In this document: positions 19,595 to 27,961 of the stretch, one piece after another | How positions within the stretch are numbered: position 1 is the stretch's first letter | How the letters are laid out: the number at the start of each line of letters is the position of its first letter | IMG/VR virus record: IMGVR_UViG_3300030433_003304 | Location: 1-34,137 of that record | DNA length: 34,137 bases | Source: a virus | Taxonomy: Duplodnaviria > Caudoviricetes | Direction: 5' to 3' (one strand) | Notes under the pieces: model-generated | Database searches by the model: none | The model's input: only the letters and a program-made list of their open reading frames with translations | What the model was told of the DNA's origin: nothing | Program-made: the position numbers and the translations under genes

Positions 19595-19623
19595 ATTATA
19601 TTACGTATCTTTTGGTTTGTCAA
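19595..19623 (-). promoter_or_regulatory. Perfect sigma70-type (early) promoter TTGACA-N17-TATAAT
   Basis: -35 TTGACA at 19623-19618, 17-nt spacer, -10 TATAAT at 19600-19595. Confidence 0.9.
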
Positions 19624-19783
19624 GTATATATTCAACTGTGTTAGCAACATCATTCATAGCATCACGCAACATAGGTTGTTGACCAGAATGTTGCTCAATA
19701 TGTGCTACTCCATTTCTCCACTCTTCGTATAAAGTCCACCTCCACTGTCCCATACCTTTTGAATACCATAAGTTAATTTTCAT
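19601..19783 (-). CDS. Small hypothetical cyanophage protein, 60 aa
   Basis: MKINLWYSKGMGQWRWTL...; AGAGG Shine-Dalgarno upstream; sits between tRNA-Thr and the predicted sRNA. Confidence 0.75.
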   Translation of the reverse strand: MKINLWYSKGMGQWRWTLYEEWRNGVAHIEQHSGQQPMLRDAMNDVANTVEYILDKPKDT

Positions 19784-19797
19784 AGTACCTCTTAATA

Positions 19798-19871
19798 AGC
19801 CAACTAACGGACTTGAACCGTTGACCTGAGCTTTACAAAAACCCTGCTCTATCCAGCTGAGCTAAGTTGGC
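19798..19871 (-). tRNA. trnT: tRNA-Thr (anticodon UGU), CCA not encoded
   Basis: GCCAACTTAGCTCAGCTGGATAGAGCAGGGTTTTTGTAAAGCTCAGGTCAACGGTTCAAGTCCGTTAGTTGGCT: acceptor stem GCCAACT/AGTTGGC, D-arm, anticodon loop TT-TGT-AA, T-loop GTTCAAG. Confidence 0.92.
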
Positions 19872-19873
19872 AG

Positions 19874-20143
19874 TCAGTCTACAGGCAGCAGTTCGGGATT
19901 TTCTAACTCTACCTCAAACATCAAAGGATGACATAACTCATCCATCAAATAAAACGATGCTCTATATAGTTCCTCTGGTTCCCATGACTTACAATTATTT
20001 GCTATTTCAACAACTTCTGCATCGTGAACAGCAAAATCAGGAAGTTCGTCAAAGGTAAAAGGAACATTTTGTATGAAATACATTAATACAATAAATTTTT
20101 TTCTGTTGTACCAACAATACTTTGTATCTATACGGTATTTCAT
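19874..20143 (-). CDS. Hypothetical cyanophage protein, 89 aa
   Basis: Clean ORF between the two tRNAs, acidic C-terminal half, late-promoter box upstream. Confidence 0.75.
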   Translation of the reverse strand: MKYRIDTKYCWYNRKKFIVLMYFIQNVPFTFDELPDFAVHDAEVVEIANNCKSWEPEELYRASFYLMDELCHPLMFEVELENPELLPVD

Positions 20144-20167
20144 GGGTTCCCATAGTTTACCCCAAAA

Positions 20168-20174
20168 TATTTAG
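20168..20174 (-). promoter_or_regulatory. Possible late promoter (CTAAATA)
   Basis: 25 nt upstream of ATG 20143, just 3' of tRNA-Leu; flanked by the ttaccc/gggtaa inverted repeat. Confidence 0.5.
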
Positions 20175-20179
20175 GGTAA

Positions 20180-20264
20180 TGCGAGTGGGGGGACTTGAAC
20201 CCCCACGACCTTAACAGTCAACAGATTTTAAGTCTGGTGCGTCTACCGATTCCGCCACACTCGC
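20180..20264 (-). tRNA. trnL: tRNA-Leu (anticodon UAA), CCA not encoded
   Basis: GCGAGTGTGGCGGAATCGGTAGACGCACCAGACTTAAAATCTGTTGACTGTTAAGGTCGTGGGGGTTCAAGTCCCCCCACTCGCA: class II with long variable arm, anticodon loop CT-TAA-AA, no intron. Confidence 0.95.
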
Positions 20265-20270
20265 AAAAAA

Positions 20271-20423
20271 TCACTCCTTCCAGGTAGGAGGATGAAATGT
20301 ACAATATTCGTTAAAGGTGATTTTCATCTCCTTGTTGGTCAGACCCGCATTTCTTGCTGCTTTGGGTAAATTCCATTTCGCACAAAATAACATTTCCATA
20401 GATTGTCGGGTTTCTGGTCTCAT
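20271..20423 (-). CDS. Small hypothetical protein, 50 aa (below the ORF-track cutoff)
   Basis: Manual translation: MRPETRQSMEMLFCAKWNLPKAARNAGLTNKEMKITFNEYCTFHPPTWKE*. NLPKAARNAGLT resembles a helix-turn-helix-like segment. Stop is 6 nt before tRNA-Leu. Confidence 0.65.
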   Translation of the reverse strand: MRPETRQSMEMLFCAKWNLPKAARNAGLTNKEMKITFNEYCTFHPPTWKE

Positions 20424-20534
20424 AATCGTAGCACGTTAGAATTTCTTTGTAAAGGGATGGTCGGTGGTTGATCATTTTCAAAAAACCCTACAGGTCAATT
20501 TTTTACCGGAATTTTTTTTCGACCAAAAATGGAA

Positions 20535-20732
20535 TTAAAAGTCGTTTTTGGTCAGGGGGTCAGCATACGCAAGTGTGTCCTCGTCTAGGTTATCACGGCA
20601 CAGTTCAAGCACGGCCATGAACTGATCCACGGTATCACAGTCCACGACACGTTCTTCACCCTCATTAGAATAGAGGAAGAACTTACGGGACACGGGATCC
20701 ACAACGCATCGTGTGAGGTACTCGTCTTGCAT
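20535..20732 (-). CDS. Small acidic hypothetical cyanophage protein, 65 aa; first gene after the early promoter
   Basis: MQDEYLTRCVVDP...; ATG about 24 nt downstream of a perfect -10 box; codons visibly more GC-rich than in the fibre genes. Confidence 0.8.
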   Translation of the reverse strand: MQDEYLTRCVVDPVSRKFFLYSNEGEERVVDCDTVDQFMAVLELCRDNLDEDTLAYADPLTKNDF

Positions 20733-20755
20733 GGGGTTCGTTTGATTACCTGCTT

Positions 20756-20784
20756 ATTATAGGACGGTCAGGGGTCCTTGTCAA
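20756..20784 (-). promoter_or_regulatory. Perfect sigma70-type (early) promoter TTGACA-N17-TATAAT
   Basis: -35 TTGACA at 20784-20779, 17-nt spacer, -10 TATAAT at 20761-20756. Confidence 0.9.
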
Positions 20785-21535
20785 GGTTTACAGAGTCAAT
20801 TTCTTCTTCTGGACGCCTCCACTTAGTTTCACGACGATCATAGTCCCATCCTCCAAGTAGATAATACTCATTATTTCCTGGGTAATCCTTTGGACTATCT
20901 CCATCATATACAACATGAAGTTTTTCACTATGATCCATAGGATTAATGTGTCGTGCTGCCCAAATCTCGTAGTAACAATTTATATTTGCACCATTACCAG
21001 ATTTAATTTTAACAATTTTACCCCACTCAATATCCTCTACGATAAGATCTTGAGAGTATCCAATCTGAGTAAGAGTTACTGTAATGGTTTCAGGATCCAC
21101 AAGACCATCCCAGTATTCTGGTAAAACAATTTGATTTGAATCTTTCAGTTTACCTCTGACATAAATTCCAGATTCTGGACCCTCAACACATATGTGTCTA
21201 ATTCTTTTTCCACTATCTTTTACGTGAGGGATATCAAAACCTTTATTTCCAGATGCTGTCCCGCTAAGACTACCAACAAAATTACCATAAAAAGTTGTTG
21301 CAGTGACATCTCCAGAGATATCAATATTACCATCACCAGTAATACCTGGATTGTTTATCCGAAGACCATCAATCTGTGCTGTTTTATGATACCAGGGTGT
21401 ACATGCCTCATCTGGATAATCTTCTTCTTTTGCATTACCTTTAAAAATATAATGATATCCTTCAGATGGTGTTCCCCAAGTTGCATAATCGCCGCAATCT
21501 TTACCACCTGAACCTGGTATAAATTCTCCTGCCAT
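20768..21535 (-). CDS. Tail/spike-associated protein with a KxFDIPH...EGP C-terminal domain, 255 aa (paralog of 21538..22323)
   Basis: Short fibre-like N-terminal part (GDVTATTFYG), then KGFDIPH...RHICVEGPESGIYVRG...LPEYWDGLVD..TITVTLTQIG...DYPGNN. Confidence 0.7.
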   Translation of the reverse strand: MAGEFIPGSGGKDCGDYATWGTPSEGYHYIFKGNAKEEDYPDEACTPWYHKTAQIDGLRINNPGITGDGNIDISGDVTATTFYGNFVGSLSGTASGNKGFDIPHVKDSGKRIRHICVEGPESGIYVRGKLKDSNQIVLPEYWDGLVDPETITVTLTQIGYSQDLIVEDIEWGKIVKIKSGNGANINCYYEIWAARHINPMDHSEKLHVVYDGDSPKDYPGNNEYYLLGGWDYDRRETKWRRPEEEIDSVNLDKDP

Positions 21536-21537
21536 GA

Positions 21538-22323
21538 TTAACCTCTCTTGTCGTAGTGATATCCAGAAACAGAATACTCATCGTTATTTCCTGGATAATC
21601 TTCAGGAGATTCTCCTTCGTATTCTGGGATAAGTCTCTCTCCATCGGATCTGGTTCCGTATATATGGAAGAAACAATTGATGGGCATTCTACCCATTGCT
21701 TGAAGATGTACTTTATCCTCATCAATCCTTTTTACAATCACATCTTGGTGTGCTCCAATGGGAGTAAGATTGACTGTAATAGTTGTCCAATCAACTAATC
21801 CCTTCCAATATGCTGGAAGTTCAATTTCATTTTTATTTGTTACTCTACCTCTAAAGTAAACATCATTTGATGGACCCTCAGGACAAGTATGTCTTAATCT
21901 CCAACCTTTCTTGGTTGGGTGTGGAATATCAAAGTTTTTCTTTGCAGCAAGAATATGACCACCACAGTTTGAAATTACATTGCCCTGAACCTTAAGATTA
22001 CCACCAACAATTACATCTTTTACGGTTTCAATATTACCTTCAAATCCAGCAGAACCATTTACTGCAAGTGAAAATGGATTACTTGGTGCTCCATAGCAAA
22101 ATCCTCCAGGAAAAAGAGGAGAATTACTATCACTATTAGTTAGTGGTCCAACACAAAGGGTAGCATAAGGCCAGGGGAAAGTCGTAGGATTTCCAATAAC
22201 AATTGGACCTTCCATACCAGCAGATCCATTTACTTTTAAGGCACCTTCACCAATGGCAGGATAGATACCAGTTCCAACTTTAAGTTGACCACCTACATTA
22301 GCGTCATCTAAATTAAAAGACAT
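21538..22323 (-). CDS. Tail/spike-associated protein with a KxFDIPH...EGP C-terminal domain, 261 aa
   Basis: KNFDIPHP...RHTCPEGPSNDVYFRG...LPAYWKGLVD..TITVNLTPIG...DYPGNN; tandem paralog of the downstream gene. Confidence 0.7.
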   Translation of the reverse strand: MSFNLDDANVGGQLKVGTGIYPAIGEGALKVNGSAGMEGPIVIGNPTTFPWPYATLCVGPLTNSDSNSPLFPGGFCYGAPSNPFSLAVNGSAGFEGNIETVKDVIVGGNLKVQGNVISNCGGHILAAKKNFDIPHPTKKGWRLRHTCPEGPSNDVYFRGRVTNKNEIELPAYWKGLVDWTTITVNLTPIGAHQDVIVKRIDEDKVHLQAMGRMPINCFFHIYGTRSDGERLIPEYEGESPEDYPGNNDEYSVSGYHYDKRG

Positions 22324-22331
22324 TTCTACTC

Positions 22332-22949
22332 CTATACTTGACTTTGTTGTTGTTGATATCTCTTACCACCAACTTTAGAATCTTTGAGTGAACATGCATC
22401 ACTTACTCCACGAATGATAGATCCATACATTTTAAGACAACTATTACCAATCACCTCAGTAATTCCTGCTGACATAATTTTTACATTTACCGTTCCATCT
22501 ATTAAAACTTTTTTACTATCAAGTGAAATATTTTCTCCAGCAAATATTTTTACATTTCCTGCAGAACCATCCTTGAGAGCAACTAATTCAATATCATGGG
22601 CTTGCAATCTAATTTTACCATTAGTTGCAATAATGTCAATATTGCCATTCTTGGCATTGATCATACATGTATCATTTGCCTCAGTATTATCACTTCCACA
22701 CTCAAGTTGTAGATTTCCAGGACACATTGCAGTGGTCCATCCTTTTCTCTGACCATCTTTATCCATTGAGACAAAGTGTCTTCCATCTGATGCCTGTAGC
22801 ATCACATCTGATGTTACATCACCACGTTTATGAACCTTGCCAAAAGATATTGCACCATGATCATTTCCATAAGTGGTGGCAGTAAAATTCTTTTTTATAT
22901 TATTACCACCACCCGTTCTATCATTATCTGTATTACCAGCAGTTGACAT
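22332..22949 (-). CDS. Probable central-spike beta-helix protein (gp5 C-terminal-like), 205 aa
   Basis: Periodic beta-strand repeats (INAKNGNIDIIATNGKIRLQAHDIELVA...GNVKIFAGENISLDSKKVLIDG); lies downstream of the gp5 OB-fold gene. Confidence 0.55.
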   Translation of the reverse strand: MSTAGNTDNDRTGGGNNIKKNFTATTYGNDHGAISFGKVHKRGDVTSDVMLQASDGRHFVSMDKDGQRKGWTTAMCPGNLQLECGSDNTEANDTCMINAKNGNIDIIATNGKIRLQAHDIELVALKDGSAGNVKIFAGENISLDSKKVLIDGTVNVKIMSAGITEVIGNSCLKMYGSIIRGVSDACSLKDSKVGGKRYQQQQSQV

Positions 22950-22971
22950 TTTTAAATAACAGGTTGTGAAC

Positions 22972-22978
22972 TATTTAA
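22972..22978 (-). promoter_or_regulatory. Possible late promoter (TTAAATA)
   Basis: Intergenic, 23 nt upstream of ATG 22949. Confidence 0.5.
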
Positions 22979-22982
22979 CAGG

Positions 22983-25900
22983 TCAGACAAGATTATCTGG
23001 AGTTCCTGGAATATTAAGTCTTGGATCTGCATTGGTAACATCAGTACCCTGTCTGAGGATTGCAGAAGGTCTGGTGACAACCTCAGCATCAATGCTCTCC
23101 TGAAGAGTTGCATAGACAGGTATTGGATCACCAATAGTTGCATAAATTCCAGCAAACAGTTGACCATTCTCTGAGTAAACAGAACCATAGTATGGTTTTC
23201 CGTTTACATAACCAGTCTGCTTGAGACCAACCAAGTCAGTAACTTGAATGACTTCTTCAAATACATCTTCAGGGACAATGACAGGTTCAAATACTGGTCT
23301 ACCCCTAAATCCAACTCCAGTATCAGATGGTAGAGTTATATTTGGATAGTCTGTAAATCCAAACAAATCAACTGCAGGAACAGATTCTACAGTTCCAAAA
23401 GGACCTAACTGTGGTTGCACTGGTATTCCATTTACCAGAATCTGGTCATTTGGTGCATAGTTAATTCCTTTTGCTGTTGGAACAATCTCTTTCAATCTAA
23501 GGACAACGGGATAACCTTCACCTGGTGGTTGTGGATATCCATTTCCTGGTTCATCTGCGATGATGTCAGTAACAATACCCTTACCCTCAACAGTTTTGGG
23601 GCAAGGTGGTGGAATCAATATAGCAGATACTCCAACAGGATTTTGAATCCATGATTTAGACCCATTAGGAACATCAATTACTTTAGTAAGTTGTAATCCA
23701 AATCCAAATGGGTTGATATCAAAAATATTTTCTTCATTTCGGATTACTGTTTCCTCAATTCTGAGAGTAACTTTCCCTGCAGGAAGATTCACGTATGTTG
23801 GCAGTGGATCTCCTCTAAATGAATTTGCATCTGCTACAAGAGTATCATTAATGTATAATTTTGTCGGTTGAGTTGTTTGGTTTGCATTAACATCTGCTTG
23901 CAATCTAATTGCATATTGACCAGTAGCATCTAAGTTGACACCAGACCATGTATAATTGAATACTCCATTAATTGGATTCTCTTTGTCACGGGGAGGTTTA
24001 TATAAAGCAATGCCTCTCATATTCATAAACGAACTCCAATTTGGATTAGTATACTTAGTAATATCCGGTCCAGAATACTTTACTCCAGCGATTTCTTTAG
24101 GTGTTGTTGGAGTTTGTGCTGGAGACCCAAGAACAAACTTAGCTCTATTACCATTAAGATCGTAAAATCTTCCTTTATTGGATCTAATAATGATATCAGT
24201 ATAGTCATTATCCCTATGTTCTTCCATCTGAACAACATTCTCACCAGCAGTTCTAAGTCTAATATTGGGTTGAGATCCAGAACCACCTCCACCAGATACT
24301 TTAATGGTTTTAGTTTCTTCACCGTACTCTGTTCTCTTTTTCCTCCATTTCGTACCTGCAACTGTAATTGATCGGACAGCTTCTCCAGCATAACCTGGAT
24401 TATCGTCATATTTGATTCTGATAGTAACACTACCAGAACGTTTTACCTTGAGTTCTTTACCATCATTAGAGAACTTAGCATCACAATTTGAGTTCATAAT
24501 TTCAAACTCAACATTTGCACCACTACCTTTACCATCTTTAAGTTCAATTCTCTTGCCATTTTTGACAACTCTGATTGATTTATTTGATCGATTTAAATCT
24601 TCATATGTTATTGGATAATCTTTATTCCCTCCTCCACCACCTTTTGCATTGCTGCGGAAAATAACATCATATACTTGTCCAGGTGCAAGTTTTACATTCC
24701 TAGTATCATTTATCTGCGCCCCTTTGTAATCTTTCGATACCCTAAATTTACCAACAAGTTCAACAGAATTTGCAAAATCTGCTGATGAAGTTGTGTGAAA
24801 TTGAACGTCTTCTTCAGGTGCATTGGCTAATGGTTTTCCCCAGTCTTTAGTATCAAAGACTGTCTTTTCTATCTTTCTATATGTGGTAGTCTTTTGATTC
24901 TCTACCTTTACAGAGATTTGATGTTGACCTTCTGATAGATATACTTTTTTAATTGGTGGTGAAGAATTTTTAAATCCAGCAAGTTTATATACTTCCTGAC
25001 CATCAACCAAAATTGATCCAAAATTATCACATGTTCCTTTTATACCAAAGTAACCATTATAAGGAATATCAAGGTTCCAAGTGTTGAAGTATGGAATACC
25101 ACCACCATCTGTGGTTCTTTCACTTCTTGGTGCAATTGGTGATATTGCATATCTATTCATAAAATCACTCCACCTAGGACCAACATTAACTGGCCACCAC
25201 TTCTCATTACCACCAGTGAATCTAGTAGTCCAGAAGGGATTGTTAGGACATCTTCCTTCTTGTGGGGGAATAGGTTCTTCTGGTATTGGTGGAAGAGGTG
25301 AATCAATTGTCAACGCAACACCCATAGGGTTCTCTTTCCATGTAACTGGAGAGACAACATATTCATCAGGTTTTCCACTAATCCTTACAGCAAGTGCCAT
25401 AGGATTGACACCTTTAATTGCTGCTGGTTGAGGACTATGAACTCTGTTTACCTTAAGTTCTGCATCAAAAGAATCGTTACCAGAATCATTAAAGAAAACA
25501 CTACCACCTTGAACTCTTGGTGAAGGAGCACCTGATGCAGCACCTTTTCTAACAACTTTATATCTCTGACCTGCAGTGAAAGTTCCGGATCCTGTTATGG
25601 TTTCTTTTCTCTTATATGAATATGAATACGCTGCCCTACCTTGAAATCTACTCTTACCAGAAGCATTAAATATTTTGTCTCTTGTTCTTCTTAAATTGGC
25701 ATTACCAACAGATACTTCTGTAAGTGCAAGTCCACCACTAGGAGTGTCACTTGTTCTTAAAGAAAAATCAATTTTTGCTGAACCAGATCCTTCTACCAAC
25801 AGAAATATATCACCACCATCTCTTGTAAATCTTGCAGACACTCCACCGGATTTAGTTGTAACTGCTGCACCTTGCTGGAAAGAAAATCTTCCACCAGGTT

Positions 25901-27932
25901 TTTGATATAGTTCTGCTGTCAGTGGGTATGTTCCCCTTCTAAAGAATTTTGTATAGGTGCTCTTACCAGTTCCTTTATCAGTGTCACCTACAAATCCATT
26001 CTTTTCAATTACTTCATTTGCAAGTGTAAGTTTTACTCTATCATCAACTTCAATTTCAATATCATAGTTTCCATCTTGTGGAATCTCAACCTTTGGCCAA
26101 GTTATTATATGAGTTCCTGGATATGGATTGTCTTTAAGGTTCTGCTTAGTATCAAAAGGACATACACCATACTCACCTAAAAAACCACCCCTACCATAGA
26201 CATTTGTTCTCCACAATCTTCTATTAGCAGCACCCATAGCACCAACAGTATTGAATACTTCACCAGCAAATCCTTGCTTGACGATTGAAGACCCTGCTGG
26301 AGGTGGAGGATTTTGTACAGTAGGAGCAGCAGCAGGAGCAGCAGGAGTGCTAATAGTAACTTGCTTTCTTACTGTTCCACTTTGTTTTTTATTTTTTGGT
26401 TTTTCTTTTTTCTCAAATGAAACATTTCCTATGATAATTGATCTGACTGCTTCACTATTAGTTGTTGGATTTTCATAATACCCAAACTCTACAGTAGCCT
26501 TAGTTCCTATGATTTTTTTACCGTCATCAGAAAATACTGCATCACCAGATTTAATTTCAAGATGAGAATCATTGAACTTTCCATCATCATCAGACAAGTC
26601 AATTCTCTTTTTATTTTTAGAGACTTTTAATGGTCTATTTTTTTTATTAAGTCCACGATATTCAATATCAAGACTACCTTTAGAAGGTCCTTGTTGTACT
26701 GGTGCTGGTGCTGGTTTATTAACTTTTACCTTTCTAAATTGTGGTACATTATGAAGGTCAATCTTAATCTCATGAACCCCAGCACTAATGTGTTTATCTA
26801 CTCTCTTTGTAGGTCCACCAATAAAGTTAGTTGTTTCAAGAATTTGAGTATTATCGAGATATATCTTTGCAATATTATCTGCCATACCCTTGAAGGTATA
26901 TACTCCATCATATGGAAATTCTTCTTCCCATACCATCGTTGCCCATCCACCAGCATAGTCTGATCCAGGGACATCACTGTTCCATTGAGGTGGCACTGGA
27001 GATACAGCATAATTGTTCATCCATGGACCCCAACCAGAAGGAACTGGCTTACCTTCCTTTCTAAGTTTCTCCTTATATTTTAAATCAGAGACTGGAAAAA
27101 CGTTCTTAGATTTTTTCTCTCTGAAAGTTACTGCTAATGGACTCTCTTTTCTTGTAGACCAGAAAGGAGAAATACCTTGTGCCAAATAATCTTGATACTC
27201 TTTTATCTCTATTCTAATTGGATCTTTTGCTAAGGTTGCATATAAAGTTGGATCCCATCCACCAAGAACCTCACCATTTACACCAAATCTTGTACCATAA
27301 CCTTCAAGTTCTTCGGTACATCTACTGAAGTCATAGAATTCAAAGTCATCTTCTTGATCAAAATATTCAATAGTTGGGGGTCTTTCTCCAAGAACTGATC
27401 TTAGAACAGCACCAGATCCTCTCTTACATTCATCAATTAGTTTTACTATGGGTGGATACTGATATCCGAATCCACCTCTAACAACATCAACTGCAAGTAG
27501 TGAACCATCAGAACCAAAAACAGGATTTGCTACCGCACCTGTTCCTCCTCCACCACTAATTTTAATATATGCTCTACATTGATTATTGCTGTTGCTACTA
27601 CCCCTAGATCCTCTGGTTTCTACGGGGATAACAGTTCCATCAGATAATTCAACAGGAGAGTCTAATGGTGATAGTCCAACGATACCATTACAAGTTCCTT
27701 CAGCAGCATTATCTCCTGGAAGAAGATCATTTGCTGTTAAATTATTAACCTCATTGATATTCAGATATCTGATATTATCTCTTGTTTCAAAAATAAAAGT
27801 CGTTCCAGGATTTTTAAAAGCATACCGATTCGCATCATGGATACTAACTTCCTTTACGTATCCAAGATCAGGGTCAATATATCCAACCCTAATATCACAT
27901 TTAGTAGCTGGTCCGAAAAGGTTGAACGACAT
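22983..27932 (-). CDS. Large baseplate-associated protein with several PA14-like carbohydrate-binding repeats, 1649 aa
   Basis: Repeated GxYxxxxxxDxxxxxxxD...GxHxIxxxxxN modules (GVYTFKGMADNIAKIYLD, GNYDIEIEVDDRVKLTL, GYFGIKGTCDNFGSILVDG, GQYAIRLQAD); GGGGTGAVA...GGFGYQYPP wedge-like repeat near the N-terminus. Confidence 0.65.
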   Translation of the reverse strand: MSFNLFGPATKCDIRVGYIDPDLGYVKEVSIHDANRYAFKNPGTTFIFETRDNIRYLNINEVNNLTANDLLPGDNAAEGTCNGIVGLSPLDSPVELSDGTVIPVETRGSRGSSNSNNQCRAYIKISGGGGTGAVANPVFGSDGSLLAVDVVRGGFGYQYPPIVKLIDECKRGSGAVLRSVLGERPPTIEYFDQEDDFEFYDFSRCTEELEGYGTRFGVNGEVLGGWDPTLYATLAKDPIRIEIKEYQDYLAQGISPFWSTRKESPLAVTFREKKSKNVFPVSDLKYKEKLRKEGKPVPSGWGPWMNNYAVSPVPPQWNSDVPGSDYAGGWATMVWEEEFPYDGVYTFKGMADNIAKIYLDNTQILETTNFIGGPTKRVDKHISAGVHEIKIDLHNVPQFRKVKVNKPAPAPVQQGPSKGSLDIEYRGLNKKNRPLKVSKNKKRIDLSDDDGKFNDSHLEIKSGDAVFSDDGKKIIGTKATVEFGYYENPTTNSEAVRSIIIGNVSFEKKEKPKNKKQSGTVRKQVTISTPAAPAAAPTVQNPPPPAGSSIVKQGFAGEVFNTVGAMGAANRRLWRTNVYGRGGFLGEYGVCPFDTKQNLKDNPYPGTHIITWPKVEIPQDGNYDIEIEVDDRVKLTLANEVIEKNGFVGDTDKGTGKSTYTKFFRRGTYPLTAELYQKPGGRFSFQQGAAVTTKSGGVSARFTRDGGDIFLLVEGSGSAKIDFSLRTSDTPSGGLALTEVSVGNANLRRTRDKIFNASGKSRFQGRAAYSYSYKRKETITGSGTFTAGQRYKVVRKGAASGAPSPRVQGGSVFFNDSGNDSFDAELKVNRVHSPQPAAIKGVNPMALAVRISGKPDEYVVSPVTWKENPMGVALTIDSPLPPIPEEPIPPQEGRCPNNPFWTTRFTGGNEKWWPVNVGPRWSDFMNRYAISPIAPRSERTTDGGGIPYFNTWNLDIPYNGYFGIKGTCDNFGSILVDGQEVYKLAGFKNSSPPIKKVYLSEGQHQISVKVENQKTTTYRKIEKTVFDTKDWGKPLANAPEEDVQFHTTSSADFANSVELVGKFRVSKDYKGAQINDTRNVKLAPGQVYDVIFRSNAKGGGGGNKDYPITYEDLNRSNKSIRVVKNGKRIELKDGKGSGANVEFEIMNSNCDAKFSNDGKELKVKRSGSVTIRIKYDDNPGYAGEAVRSITVAGTKWRKKRTEYGEETKTIKVSGGGGSGSQPNIRLRTAGENVVQMEEHRDNDYTDIIIRSNKGRFYDLNGNRAKFVLGSPAQTPTTPKEIAGVKYSGPDITKYTNPNWSSFMNMRGIALYKPPRDKENPINGVFNYTWSGVNLDATGQYAIRLQADVNANQTTQPTKLYINDTLVADANSFRGDPLPTYVNLPAGKVTLRIEETVIRNEENIFDINPFGFGLQLTKVIDVPNGSKSWIQNPVGVSAILIPPPCPKTVEGKGIVTDIIADEPGNGYPQPPGEGYPVVLRLKEIVPTAKGINYAPNDQILVNGIPVQPQLGPFGTVESVPAVDLFGFTDYPNITLPSDTGVGFRGRPVFEPVIVPEDVFEEVIQVTDLVGLKQTGYVNGKPYYGSVYSENGQLFAGIYATIGDPIPVYATLQESIDAEVVTRPSAILRQGTDVTNADPRLNIPGTPDNLV

Positions 27933-27954
27933 TATTTACTAACTTCCGTAATGA

Positions 27955-27961
27955 TATTTAT
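27955..27961 (-). promoter_or_regulatory. T4-type late promoter (ATAAATA)
   Basis: Intergenic, 23 nt upstream of ATG 27932. Confidence 0.7.

Noticed and set aside
20180-20264. Group I intron in tRNA-Leu(UAA), as found in many cyanobacteria
   Set aside because: The anticodon loop is contiguous (CT-TAA-AA); the gene is 85 nt and uninterrupted
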